A program made the translations under genes and the position numbers. From Dehalococcoides sp. JdFR-54 (lineage in GTDB: Bacteria; Chloroflexota; Dehalococcoidia; JdFR-54): a stretch of 64,000 bases of DNA. Numbering within the stretch: the first letter of the stretch is position 1; each line of letters begins with the position of its first letter. Shown here one piece after another: positions 20,052 through 31,229 of this stretch. The stretch is taken from positions 74,980-138,979 of the forward strand of contig MTNP01000008.1 in NCBI GenBank assembly GCA_002011475.1. Reading direction: 5' to 3'. The notes under the pieces are model-generated. The model had not been told where the DNA came from. It ran no database searches and saw only the letters and a list, made by a program, of their open reading frames with translations.

Positions 20052-21084
20052 CTACCTTGAAATCTCTCGAGCTATTTGTTCTCTGATGTTGTAAACTTGT
20101 GCCTCAGTTTGCCCCTTCTTATACAAATGACAAGCTACTTTGCGCCCAGGCAAGACCTCCTCCAGCATAGGGGGGACCTGTTTACAGAACTCCGTAGCAA
20201 GAGGACAGCGTGGGTGAAAACGGCACCCTGGTGGCGGATTAATGGGAGACCCGACTTCTCCCCGTAGGATCGCCTTAATTCCTTGCCCAGGCCTAGCAAT
20301 AATGCCCGCGGCCAGGAGCCCCTGTGTATAAGGGTGAAGTGACCTAGAGCACACCTCTGCAGCGCTTGCCTTCTCGACAATTTGCCCTATGTACATTGTC
20401 GCAACCTCGTGGCTCAGATAACGAATGGTGCTAAAATCGTGCGCGACGAGCACGTAGCTTATCCCATATCGTCTTGAAAGATCCTTCAACAAATTCATAA
20501 TCCCTGACCGCATAGACACATCGATAGAGGACACAGGTTCGTCTAGAACTATGATGTTAGGGTTGAGGATCAAGGCGCGAGCTATAGCTATCCGCTGACG
20601 TTGACCACCACTAAACTCATGAGTACAGGTTTGCATCCTCCGGCTGTAGCCCCACCTTGAAAAGCAACTCGGCGACGCGTTCCTCAACCTCTGTTTTCGA
20701 TATTCTTTCATTGACCACCAAAGGCTCACAGACAATATCTTTTACCCGCATACGTGGATTTAGGGAGCTCGTTGGGTCCTGGAATACAGCTTGTACCGTC
20801 TTTCGATATGCCTTGCGACCAGCATAATCTAGCTGCCAAATGTCGCGTCCTTGCCAAAGGATTTGACCAGCTGTTGGCTCTTCCAACAGTAGCAACGCTT
20901 TGGCCGTGGTGGTCTTTCCACATCCTGACTCGCCTGCCAAAGCGACTGTTTGTCCTTCGTGGATTTCAAACGAGATATTATCAACAGCCTTAACCCATCC
21001 TACAGCTCGCCGAAATACCCCCGCCGTGATGGGGAAGTACTTCTTTAGATTGCAAACCTTAATAAGAGGCCCGTTATCCTTCAT
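20052..21084 (-). pseudogene. oppF: oligopeptide ABC transporter ATP-binding protein (OppF-like), frameshifted near 20620
   Basis: Walker A GESGCGKT in ORF 20617-21084; HEFSGGQRQR, LDEP and CRFHPRC in ORF 20052-20735; junction TAC-T-CAT-GAG instead of Y-P-H-E. Confidence 0.8.
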
Positions 21085-21091
21085 AGCCCAA

Positions 21092-22057
21092 CTAACTATA
21101 CCTCCAGCAAGTCACAGAATGCCCTTGCCTTACTTCCACTTCTGGGGGAAATGCTTTTCGACAATCCTCCACAACATAAGGGCAACGAGGAGCAAAGTAG
21201 CAGCCTTCGGGTAACTCGTGTAGTTTGGGTGGCTGTCCAGGAAGGGACGGGAGACGCTCCACATCTCGATCCACTGGGGGGATAGAAGTGATCAGAGCTT
21301 CGGTATAGGGGTGCAACGCTCGCTCAAAAATATCGCTAACAGTTCCTGTCTCAGCTATCTTACCAGCATACATTACAGCAACCCGGTCGCAGATTTGAGA
21401 TATAACGGCGAGATCATGACTTACATAAAGCAGTGCCGCGTTGCACTGGCCTTGCAGCTCCTTAAGCAGATGAAGGTACTGACCCTGGATAGTCAGATCC
21501 AACGCTGTAGTTGGCTCGTCAGCTAGGAACAACTCAGGACTACAGCAAATAGCGATGCCGCCTACCACCCGCTGACGCATGCCGCCGCTCATTTGGTGAG
21601 GATAGTTTTGCAAGCGAACCTCAGGCTCCGGAATTCGAACCATTTTGAGGAGTTCCTTGGCTCGATTCCATAGTTCCTTTTTCTGTTGTACACCCAAATG
21701 GATTTGCATGGGTTCCATACATTGGTTCCCAACGGTGAAGACTGGGTTTAGTGAGGTATAGGGATCTTGGGGTATCATAGCAATGCGCTTTCCTCGGATT
21801 GCCTGCATCTCCTTCTGACTTTTCTGAAGCAAATCCTCACCGTCAAACAGTATTCGGCCATCCACAATCCTACCTGCCGGCCAAGGTAGCAGTCTCAGGA
21901 TTGAAAGCAAAGTCATGCTTTTGCCACATCCGGATTCCCCTACGAGCCCCAAGGTCTCGCCGCGCTCCAGTCTGAGGTTAGTGCCGTCAACAGCCCTCAC
22001 TACTCCCCACCGGGTATAAAGATATGTACGTAGGTTTTCTATTTCCAAAAGAGCCAT
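21092..22057 (-). CDS. oppD: oligopeptide ABC transporter ATP-binding protein (OppD-like)
   Basis: GESGCGKS, YPHQMSGGMRQR, ADEPTTALD, CYFAPRC; ATG at 22057. Confidence 0.9.
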   Translation of the reverse strand: MALLEIENLRTYLYTRWGVVRAVDGTNLRLERGETLGLVGESGCGKSMTLLSILRLLPWPAGRIVDGRILFDGEDLLQKSQKEMQAIRGKRIAMIPQDPYTSLNPVFTVGNQCMEPMQIHLGVQQKKELWNRAKELLKMVRIPEPEVRLQNYPHQMSGGMRQRVVGGIAICCSPELFLADEPTTALDLTIQGQYLHLLKELQGQCNAALLYVSHDLAVISQICDRVAVMYAGKIAETGTVSDIFERALHPYTEALITSIPPVDRDVERLPSLPGQPPKLHELPEGCYFAPRCPYVVEDCRKAFPPEVEVRQGHSVTCWRYS

Positions 22058-22059
22058 AG

Positions 22060-22944
22060 CTAGACCTGCCTTAATTTCGGATCTAGGCGATCTCGAAGCC
22101 AGTCGCCAAACATGTTGAATGCTAGTACTACCAGCACAATGGCTATCCCTGGCATGGTGGAAAGCCACCATGCTGTAGCTACATAGTCCCGGCCGTCGGA
22201 GCACATTCGTCCCCAAGAGGGTGTTGGGGGTGGAATTCCTGCCCCTAGGAAACTTAGAGCCGATTCTACCAGTATGGCCCAACCCACCATCAAGGTGAGT
22301 AGAACCATAAGGGAATTGGCAATATTCGGTAAGATATGTCGCACTATAATGCGCATCGGCGAACACCCTGCTACCTTGGCCAGGCTAACAAAATCCCGTT
22401 GTACGAGGCTAAGTGCCTCACCACGGAGACTGCGACAATAGCGGGCCCATACGATAAAGGCCATGGCAAACACTAAGCCAAAGAAGGAAGGGCCAAAAAC
22501 AATGGCTAATATCATGCCAATAAAGATGACCGGCAAGGGCTGAAGAGACTCAACTATACGCATGATTAGGGCGTCTACCCAGCCACGAAAATAGGCCGCA
22601 ACCATAGCTGCAGAAGCTCCGACGAAGGCCCCAATGGCTAGTGCCAGGAAAGCAACTGACAGCGATATCCTACTTCCTACGATCATACGGCTTAGAATAT
22701 CGCGCCCCAGCGAATCTGTCCCTAAAGGGTAAGCCCAGTCACCCCCTTGTATCCAGGCCGGGGGTGCTAAGCGGTTAGCCAAATCCATGTCGGTAGGATC
22801 ATAAGGTGCAATGTAGTCGCCGAAAACGGCACACACCACTGCCAGCAAGATAATTAGTGAAGGTACCGGTGGAGGCCACCTAGGAACACTCAGGCCCTTA
22901 CCTCCCCGTACTAGGTAAGAAAAGATCGCAATAAGCCTTCTCAT
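22060..22944 (-). CDS. oppC: peptide ABC transporter permease (OppC-like)
   Basis: LGTDSLGRDILSR, HILPN, ESALSFLG, GDWLRDRLDP; ATG at 22944. Confidence 0.85.
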   Translation of the reverse strand: MRRLIAIFSYLVRGGKGLSVPRWPPPVPSLIILLAVVCAVFGDYIAPYDPTDMDLANRLAPPAWIQGGDWAYPLGTDSLGRDILSRMIVGSRISLSVAFLALAIGAFVGASAAMVAAYFRGWVDALIMRIVESLQPLPVIFIGMILAIVFGPSFFGLVFAMAFIVWARYCRSLRGEALSLVQRDFVSLAKVAGCSPMRIIVRHILPNIANSLMVLLTLMVGWAILVESALSFLGAGIPPPTPSWGRMCSDGRDYVATAWWLSTMPGIAIVLVVLAFNMFGDWLRDRLDPKLRQV

Positions 22945-22957
22945 TAAAGAACCATCC

Positions 22958-23874
22958 TTACGCAAGGCGAATTCGCGGGTCAAGATATGAGTACATGACG
23001 TCAACCACCAAATTGATAAAAATAGCAAGAATACGAACAAGGTTACACACCCCTGAAGCACAGGAAAGTCGCGCTCCATGAGAGCTACATACATAAGCCG
23101 CCCTACCCCAGGCCAGGCAAAAACGGTCTCCGTAACTACTGAGCCTGCAAGGAACAAGGCAATCTGGACCCCGGCAAAGCCGAGGACAGGAAGCAGAGCA
23201 TTGCGCAGTGTATGCTTCCAGATGACCATTCGTTCTTGGACGCCCTTTATCCGGGCAAACCTCACAAAATCGCTATCAAGGGTATCTATCATCGTGGAGC
23301 GTAATAGCCGTACTAGGCCGGCCAGCAGTAGCACAGACAGTGTAAAACCCGGAAGAACATAGCTAGTTGGTCCATGCATACCACCAGCAGGAAGCCACCC
23401 CAGATGTACTGCTATCGCTTCTATAAGAATAATACCCAACCAAAAGTGCGGCACAGACATGCCAAACACTGCAAATAGACGTATGGCACTTTCAATGATG
23501 GTAAAGCGCTTTATGGCTGCGGTAACTCCTAGGGGAATTGCCATCAGCACGCCAATGATTACTGCTGCGATAGCCAGCTTTAGTGTATTCAGTGAGTGCT
23601 CCACAAGAAGCTCTCGCACCGGGCGCAGTGTCTTAATCGATTGTCCCAGGCTCCCAGTGCCTACGTCCTTCAGGTAGATTGCGTACTGAACATAAAGGGG
23701 ACGGTCGAGACCCATACCTATGGCGATGCGTTCTATATCTTCGGGGGTGGCATCCAGTGGAGCGAAAGCATCCGCGGGATTCCCTGTCGCCCTCACGAGA
23801 AAAAACATAACTGTCAGGAATACGAACAGTGTTATTGCTGCCTGCAACAATCTGCGGAGAATATAAGGCTTCAA
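22958..23874 (-). pseudogene. oppB: peptide ABC transporter permease (OppB-like), frameshifted near 23030
   Basis: YILRRLL, GLDRPLYVQY, ARIKG, ETVFAWPGVG; the canonical C-terminus INLVVDVMYSYLDPRIRLA* lies in a shifted frame ending at 22958. Confidence 0.78.
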
Positions 23875-24287
23875 ACCTTTACCTGCCTACACCTCTTACC
23901 GTGTATTTAGCACACCATATACTTCGGTCACGCACTTTTAGACTTACCCTTTTGTGCAGTAGTCAAGCTTCATACGTACCAAACTTTGGAAGGACGTTGA
24001 CCGTCTTTCAGTCGGGCTACACCTCCCAAGCATTGAGAAAGAGCTCGGCCTAGCTCCCTATAGGCAACCCGCACTGAAAAAAATAAACCTGTGGCCAGAG
24101 GAACATAGCCTTAATAGGCCTTCGTCATGACCACCGGCATGTAGTATCCCTCTGTCATCTCATCTTGCCATGGCCGCCGGCCCCAGCTAGACAGGCCCGC
24201 CGCTTCGTCCCTACGTAGTCAACTCTCCTTGCCCAGCGCCACAGTTATTCGAATGCGCGTGTTCAGAACTCTCGATGGACGATACAG

Positions 24288-26129
24288 CTACCTCGCTCCT
24301 TCATACTCTGCCGGATGGTAGGCACTAGCTTCATACTCCGGCGGATAAACCACTAACTCGCTAAGGTTTATGGGGACGTTGTAGCCCAAGTTCACCTCCC
24401 ATTCAGGGAGAACCCCGGGGCGAACAGCAAAGATGCGAGGAGTAAACAAGAAGCCCGAACCTGGAGCAATCTGTTCGATACACCGGTCCATAATATCAGA
24501 GTAGGCTTGCCAGTACTCATCCCAGTTCTTGGCGGGGACTAATCGGCCCAAGATTAGGTCATCCATGCAGCGGAGGCTTTCGAGGTCCTCCTGTGGGATA
24601 TCCGGATTCACCTCCACCTTGGGAGGACTCTGAATGACGTGATGCCTGCCTTTATTCTCCGGCGAACAAGCATATATGGTGGGGTAGTACACCAAGTACT
24701 TACGGCCATTCTTAAGGTAGATACCGGGGCCAATCTTTCCGTCCATCCATCTTGGCCGGAAGGTCTTGTAGTCAAGTATCTGCAGTTCTACGTTGAAACC
24801 AGCCCGCTCTAACATACCAGCAATTGCTTCGATGTGTTCTGTTTTTACCGGACCCCTGACCACACCAATGAACTGCAACTTATAACCCTCCGGCACTTCC
24901 GCAGCGATGATCCGTTTCGCCTCATCCAGATTATAGGGAATGGGATCGCGGGTTACCATGCCCCTGGGATCGGCGACCTGAGCGACATTACCCCCATCAT
25001 TTATGTATTCACCAGCCCCAAAGAAGAAGGCATTATTGAATGCCTCTTTGTCGATAGCCATCATTATGGCCTTACGCACTTCCTTCTTAGCCAATATAGG
25101 ATCTTTATACGGCTCCGTGAACAGAATGGTCCACAATACCCCGGTAGGCTTCCTGATGATCTCAAAACCTGCTTTCTCCAGTTCAGGCAGCCGCTCAAAG
25201 GAGAATTCGCCTATATCGATCTCGCCCTTCTTTAGCATCGCGAGGCGGGTAGACTCTTCCGGCACTGCCATATAGTAAAGCTCGTCGTATACTGGCTGTT
25301 GGAAGGGATGTTCCGGCCACGCCTTAAAGCGTATTAACGATCCAGCGACATGCTCCGCTATCTTATAGGGGCCTGCGCCCATGGCTCCAGTAGCCAGCGC
25401 CCCTTCCCCGTGCTTCTCAGCCCAGTGTTTGGGGACGATTCGACTGAACTCATCAGCAGCACTTACCAAGTCAGCGAAGCGGAAGTTGGCTGCCGCAAGG
25501 TGGAAACGAATGGTATAGTCATCTATAATCTCGATCCGCCACCCTACTTCCTCATCTGCATTATCTCCTCCAAGCAGCTTCTTTAACACCGCAGGTCGGC
25601 CAACACGTGAACCAGGCTGCCAATGCCGCGGTATGCTAAACTTTACGTCATGGGCAGTGATCGGCGTACCATCCCACCATCTGGCATCTTTACGCAAATA
25701 GAAGGTCCAAGTTGTGTTATCTGCACTCGCCTCCCATTTATAGGCCAATCCCGTCCTTTGGTCTGCTGTAGCAAAGTGCAGATCCCCTCCCACTAGGTTA
25801 GGATAGACAAGATACTGGTAGGCAGCTACGGACGAATGTAGAATAGGGTCAAACACTTCTGCATCAAAAGCAGGGACAGCAAACCTCAGGATTTTCCGAG
25901 GTGGCGCAGTGGGTGTCGCCGTAACTGTCTGAACCACAGTAGTGGGCGGAGCAGTTATCGTCTGAACCACAGTAGTGGGCGGAGCAGTTGTCGTCTGAAC
26001 CACGGTAGTCGGTGGTGCAGTCTCCACTACTGTAGTCGTTGCAACCTTGCACCCTCCCAACACTAGGCTGAGCAGAACAATTAATAGCAAGGTTATTAAG
26101 GCTAAATCCCTAATTACAGAGCACTTCAT
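24288..26129 (-). CDS. ABC transporter substrate-binding lipoprotein, family 5
   Basis: Lipobox LGGC, GLAYKWE, WTFYLRKDARWWDGTPITAHDVKFS, GAGPYK, VRKAIMMAIDK. Confidence 0.88.
   Translation of the reverse strand: MKCSVIRDLALITLLLIVLLSLVLGGCKVATTTVVETAPPTTVVQTTTAPPTTVVQTITAPPTTVVQTVTATPTAPPRKILRFAVPAFDAEVFDPILHSSVAAYQYLVYPNLVGGDLHFATADQRTGLAYKWEASADNTTWTFYLRKDARWWDGTPITAHDVKFSIPRHWQPGSRVGRPAVLKKLLGGDNADEEVGWRIEIIDDYTIRFHLAAANFRFADLVSAADEFSRIVPKHWAEKHGEGALATGAMGAGPYKIAEHVAGSLIRFKAWPEHPFQQPVYDELYYMAVPEESTRLAMLKKGEIDIGEFSFERLPELEKAGFEIIRKPTGVLWTILFTEPYKDPILAKKEVRKAIMMAIDKEAFNNAFFFGAGEYINDGGNVAQVADPRGMVTRDPIPYNLDEAKRIIAAEVPEGYKLQFIGVVRGPVKTEHIEAIAGMLERAGFNVELQILDYKTFRPRWMDGKIGPGIYLKNGRKYLVYYPTIYACSPENKGRHHVIQSPPKVEVNPDIPQEDLESLRCMDDLILGRLVPAKNWDEYWQAYSDIMDRCIEQIAPGSGFLFTPRIFAVRPGVLPEWEVNLGYNVPINLSELVVYPPEYEASAYHPAEYEGAR
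25927..26022. repeat. about three copies of a 33-bp tandem repeat encoding a TAPPTTVVQT(T/I) linker
   Basis: GTCTGAACCACAGTAGTGGGCGGAGCAGTT.. units start at 25927, 25960 and 25993. Confidence 0.9.
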
Positions 26130-26178
26130 TTTACCCCCCTTCCTAGCTTTTGAGCCGTAGCCGTTTTCAGCTTATTCC

Positions 26179-27444
26179 TTATTCCCTATTAAGGAGCGTT
26201 TCCACAAATGTTTCAAGGCGGTCCTCCACTTGTGCCTTTGAGTAGCGGTCAGGGTCAGTATGGTCTGCCTCAATGACAACTCCCGGAATACCTAACTCCT
26301 GCTTTGCGTCCTCTAAGATCATCCAAGCGTTTGCTCCCATAGAGCGACAAGTTAGAGGTGCGTGAAAGATTATGCCTTCCACATTATAGGCTTGAGCATA
26401 ATGTTTAAGATTTCTCACCCTCCATCGGACGCCCACAGGGTGGCGCGTAGCATGTTCTTCCGCGACGGCCCTTAGTGGACGATCAGGATTATAATAGAAG
26501 TCCCCATGATTCCAGGAATGCTCGCAAAACCCAAAGGTATAGTTACTCGACACAATGGCACTATTGTGCCGTGCCAAGTACTCTGTGATTTCGCGCGTTT
26601 TGTACCAGATGGTGATGTTATGCCAATACAAACGATGCTTCTCAGTAGGAATACTGCCCACACCCTCAGCTACACGTCTCTTAACCTCTTCACGGACCTC
26701 CCCAAGATATTCCTTCATCCATGGTTGCCCTCTCAGTATGTTCGCCAGCGCAATAATAGAAAGCCAATCGCCAAAAGTAATCGGTGTTGGATGAGCTTTA
26801 GCCGCCATCTCCCGAATCTCTCGACGAATGTGGATCTCCTCTTGAATGTTCTTCAAGAGTTCGCGTAGACGGTCCCAGTCGAACGGCCTCCCCGTTAGTT
26901 TCTGCAAAAAAGAGATGAATTCATGCAATTGACGCTCCACGTAGTCCATAGCCCACTCATATTCCCAACGGTTACCGGCATCAAAATGATAAGGGCAATC
27001 AATAATGAAAGCAGGAACGTCCAGTATATCACGCATGGCTTCAATAGTCCGTGCGAAGGCAGGGCATCCATTAAACGAGAAAAGAAAAGCAGGCTTGGGC
27101 ACTTGTAACTCTATAGGGAGCTCCTTTATCTTCCCCGTTCTTACCAGTAGAGCAAGCCCTATCATTATGCGGCAGTAGGAACAAATGCTGCTTGAAAAGC
27201 CGGCTGCCTCTGCTTCCTCGAGGAAAGGCTTCTGCATATGCCAGGCTGCCGATCGAGCGGGGAAATTCCCCGAGTGTATGAAAGGAATATCAGCTGCCAA
27301 CCAGAGTTCGGTAGGGCAAGGTCCTTCAACCCAAACAGTAGGTTTACCCTCCTCCCCATACTGGCGCACCCATTCATAGTGTTTGTCTACGTATCCTCTG
27401 ACCTTTCCAATGGTTTCTAATCGGTTGAATAGTCTGGTTGCCAT
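26179..27444 (-). CDS. 2-hydroxyacyl-CoA dehydratase / benzoyl-CoA reductase family subunit (HgdA/BcrB-like)
   Basis: AEAAGFSSSICSYC, FNGC, EGIIFHAPLTCR, IEADHTD..RLETFVE. Confidence 0.85.
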   Translation of the reverse strand: MATRLFNRLETIGKVRGYVDKHYEWVRQYGEEGKPTVWVEGPCPTELWLAADIPFIHSGNFPARSAAWHMQKPFLEEAEAAGFSSSICSYCRIMIGLALLVRTGKIKELPIELQVPKPAFLFSFNGCPAFARTIEAMRDILDVPAFIIDCPYHFDAGNRWEYEWAMDYVERQLHEFISFLQKLTGRPFDWDRLRELLKNIQEEIHIRREIREMAAKAHPTPITFGDWLSIIALANILRGQPWMKEYLGEVREEVKRRVAEGVGSIPTEKHRLYWHNITIWYKTREITEYLARHNSAIVSSNYTFGFCEHSWNHGDFYYNPDRPLRAVAEEHATRHPVGVRWRVRNLKHYAQAYNVEGIIFHAPLTCRSMGANAWMILEDAKQELGIPGVVIEADHTDPDRYSKAQVEDRLETFVETLLNRE

Positions 27445-27461
27445 GGGTCATTTTCCTTTTG

Positions 27462-28300
27462 TCAGCTTTGAAGCATCTCCACAAAAGCTTGAACTCTGGT
27501 TCGCAATTGACCAACCGCTTTCATGCCAGGTTCTTCTTCCCAAACCAATTCAGGTATCCCTTCCTCCCTCAAGCATTGCTGGATTTTCGGCAGCGAAAAG
27601 TAATGAGGTTCACACTCTCTACATACTATATTGATGACTCCCTGCCCTTGACTTTGTTTAACTATTCTCACTAAGTAATCCCCCCAATCCTTTTCATGAT
27701 CGATCTTGGTGGGACAAGGGGGAAGACCCGTCAAATAGGCATTGACTAGGGCTTCAAAAGGATCGCCTTCGAGGGAAATAGCCAACGCGAATGCACGAGA
27801 CCCGACATATAGGTCGTCATCGACTACCACAGCCCCGCTCTCCTCTATAGTGTCCAGCATAATGTCCCGCACTGGCTCACAAAGATTTCCAGCAAGAACC
27901 AAGCGAACGTGTCCATTGGTTGCCGGCTGACGAGAAGGTAGGGTTTGTAGCAGAGTTTCCAGCAAAGAAACGTGCTCCTGTTTAGGCATAAGCATGCTGC
28001 TCATCACAACTGCGTAGAACTCCCGCGCTCGCATTATACGAGAGTTTTCGCGTCGCAAGTCATACAACTTGCGTACCAAGGTTCGCTGTCGCTCATATAG
28101 GCTCAGGCTTTGTCGAAGCCTATGTGGGTCAATGTCATCGGCTGCAAAATGTTCGAAAGCGAATCGAAATGTCTGCATGGCCTCGGTAGTGAAAGCCTTG
28201 GCCCATTGGGTACGCACTGTAGCTGGAATAAACAAACCGTGGAACCAGACGTGTTTTGATACGCTTCGTGGAAGCAAATCACTCAACTGACGAATGGATA
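27462..28300 (-). pseudogene. 2-hydroxyacyl-CoA dehydratase family subunit (HgdB/BcrC-like), 5'-truncated
   Basis: GAVVVDDDLYVGSR, PCP, CRECEPH, QLRTRVQAFVEML; the ORF's first ~45 codons derive from tRNA/att DNA and no N-terminal domain or start is recognisable; 5' boundary approximate. Confidence 0.7.
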
Positions 28301-28409
28301 AACCTTGACCAGGTGCAACCGCAGAACGATAGTGGAATGGATCACTGAGCGAACCACGAAAAGCCAGTGGGGAGCGTGAATCGGTAGCTGAGTGTGGGAA
28401 AGTTAAGAT

Positions 28410-28486
28410 TGGTGGGCCATTGTGGACTCGAACCACAGACCTCAGTCTTATCAGGACTGCGCTCTAACCAGCTGAGCTAATGGCCC
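28410..28486 (-). tRNA. tRNA-Ile (GAT)
   Basis: GGGCCATTAGCTCAGCTGGTTAGAGCGCAGTCCT-GAT-AAGACTGAGGTCTGTGGTTCGAGTCCACAATGGCCCACCA, 77-nt cloverleaf with CCA. Confidence 0.97.
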
Positions 28487-28600
28487 CTCTCGAGCTGAGC
28501 CCTGGTTGTCAAAAAAACCTTAACCCCTGGATAGTGGAAGGAAGGCTTAACGGTGGCTTATGCCACCGACCGACCTAGGAGTGGTAGTTCCAACTCCCTA

Positions 28601-30105
<1,505 letters not shown>

Positions 30106-30176
30106 AAATCTTTAACTCGTCTAGGGCCTTCCTTCCACTATCCAATTGTTAAGGTGCTCTTTGCAAACCATGCATT

Positions 30177-30205
30177 ATCATATCATAGACCTGGGGTCTT
30201 GTCAA
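30177..30205 (-). promoter_or_regulatory. sigma70 promoter of the 16S-tRNA-Ile unit
   Basis: TTGACA-17-TATGAT; downstream boxA-like GCACCTTAACAA; 19-bp processing stem GCCTTCCTTCCACTATCCA (~30126) pairs with ~28528. Confidence 0.8.
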
Positions 30206-30218
30206 GACCGCTTCGGCC

Positions 30219-31217
30219 TCACTTGCCCACCAGCTCCCGCACCTTGGCGATGAAGGCGGGCAGGACCTGCCTGAAGTCGCCCACCACCCCATAGCTGGCC
30301 TCGTTGAAGATATTGGCCTCGGGGTTCTTGTTTATGGCCACGATGTTTCTGGCGCCGGAGCAGCCGGCCATATGCTGGCTGGCCCCGGAGATGCCGATGG
30401 CGATATATAGCTCCGGGGTGACGACCTTGCCGGTCAGCCCGATCTGGAGGGAGGCTGGCACCCAGTTGGAATCGCAGGGGGGACGGCTTGCCCCCACCGC
30501 ACCGCCCAGGATGCGGGCCAGCTCCTCCAGCTGTTTGAAGGCCTCCGGGCCACCCACGCCCCGACCGCCGCCAACGATGACCTGGGCATCCTCCAGCTTT
30601 ATGCCCTCCACCTCCTCCTTGACCCTATGCACCACCTTGGCCCGTATCATGGAGGGGCTGAGCCCGGCGGCCACAGCCACTACCTCCCCCTGGCGGGAGG
30701 CATCCCTCTCCAGGGGGGTCATGGCCTTGGCCCGGACGGTGGCCATCTGGGGCCTGGATTCGGAGACGAAGGTGGCCCGGGCATTGCCCCCGTAGACGGG
30801 TCGGGTCTGGAGTAGAAGCCGGGTCTCGGGGTCGATGCTGAGCTCCACGCAGTCCATGGATAGGCCTGTCTGCCGCCGAAAGGCCAGGCGGGGGGCGAGG
30901 TCTCTGCCTATGGAGGTCTGCCCCAGGAGCACGATCTGAGGGCTGGCCTCGGTGATTATCTTGTCCATAGCTGCCAGATAGAGGTCGCTCTGGTAATCCT
31001 GGAGCAAGGGGTCGTCCACCACGTAAACCCTATCGGCCCCGTAGGCGATGGCCTCCTGGGCCAGGGCTGTGACCCCGTTGCCCAGCAAGGCTGCGGAGCA
31101 TTGCTCGCCCAGTTGCTGGGCCAGTCCGTGGCCAGCGCCCAAAAGCTCCAGGGCGATGGGGGCCAGCTTGCCTTGGGCGACCTCGGCCAGAACCAGAACA
31201 CCCTTGTAATCACTCAT
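30219..31217 (-). CDS. etfA: electron transfer flavoprotein alpha subunit
   Basis: GRDLAPRLA, RPVYGG, VGGGRG, GASRP, QIGLTGKVVTPELYIAIGISGASQH. Confidence 0.95.
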   Translation of the reverse strand: MSDYKGVLVLAEVAQGKLAPIALELLGAGHGLAQQLGEQCSAALLGNGVTALAQEAIAYGADRVYVVDDPLLQDYQSDLYLAAMDKIITEASPQIVLLGQTSIGRDLAPRLAFRRQTGLSMDCVELSIDPETRLLLQTRPVYGGNARATFVSESRPQMATVRAKAMTPLERDASRQGEVVAVAAGLSPSMIRAKVVHRVKEEVEGIKLEDAQVIVGGGRGVGGPEAFKQLEELARILGGAVGASRPPCDSNWVPASLQIGLTGKVVTPELYIAIGISGASQHMAGCSGARNIVAINKNPEANIFNEASYGVVGDFRQVLPAFIAKVRELVGK

Positions 31218-31229
31218 GGCGGTTCCCTC

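Larger units (their letters stand above)
15003..28410. mobile_element. tRNA-Ile-anchored genomic island (about 13.4 kb), degraded
   Basis: Direct-repeat core at both ends, inverted arms, visibly lower GC than 30-64 kb, IS remnant, frameshifted and truncated genes. Confidence 0.7.

Noticed and set aside
22060-23874. 604-aa natural OppB-OppC fusion
   Set aside because: The canonical OppB C-terminus and stop exist in a shifted frame, so the fusion results from a frameshift
23880-24285. 400-bp gap between the SBP and permease genes as an ncRNA or gene remnant
   Set aside because: No convincing ORF, structure or motif found by eye
25927-26022. Possible CRISPR array
   Set aside because: Head-to-tail in-frame coding repeats without spacers; no cas genes in the window
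28300-28436. N-terminus of the 324-aa dehydratase ORF
   Set aside because: It starts inside tRNA-Ile and reads through att DNA; not a real start
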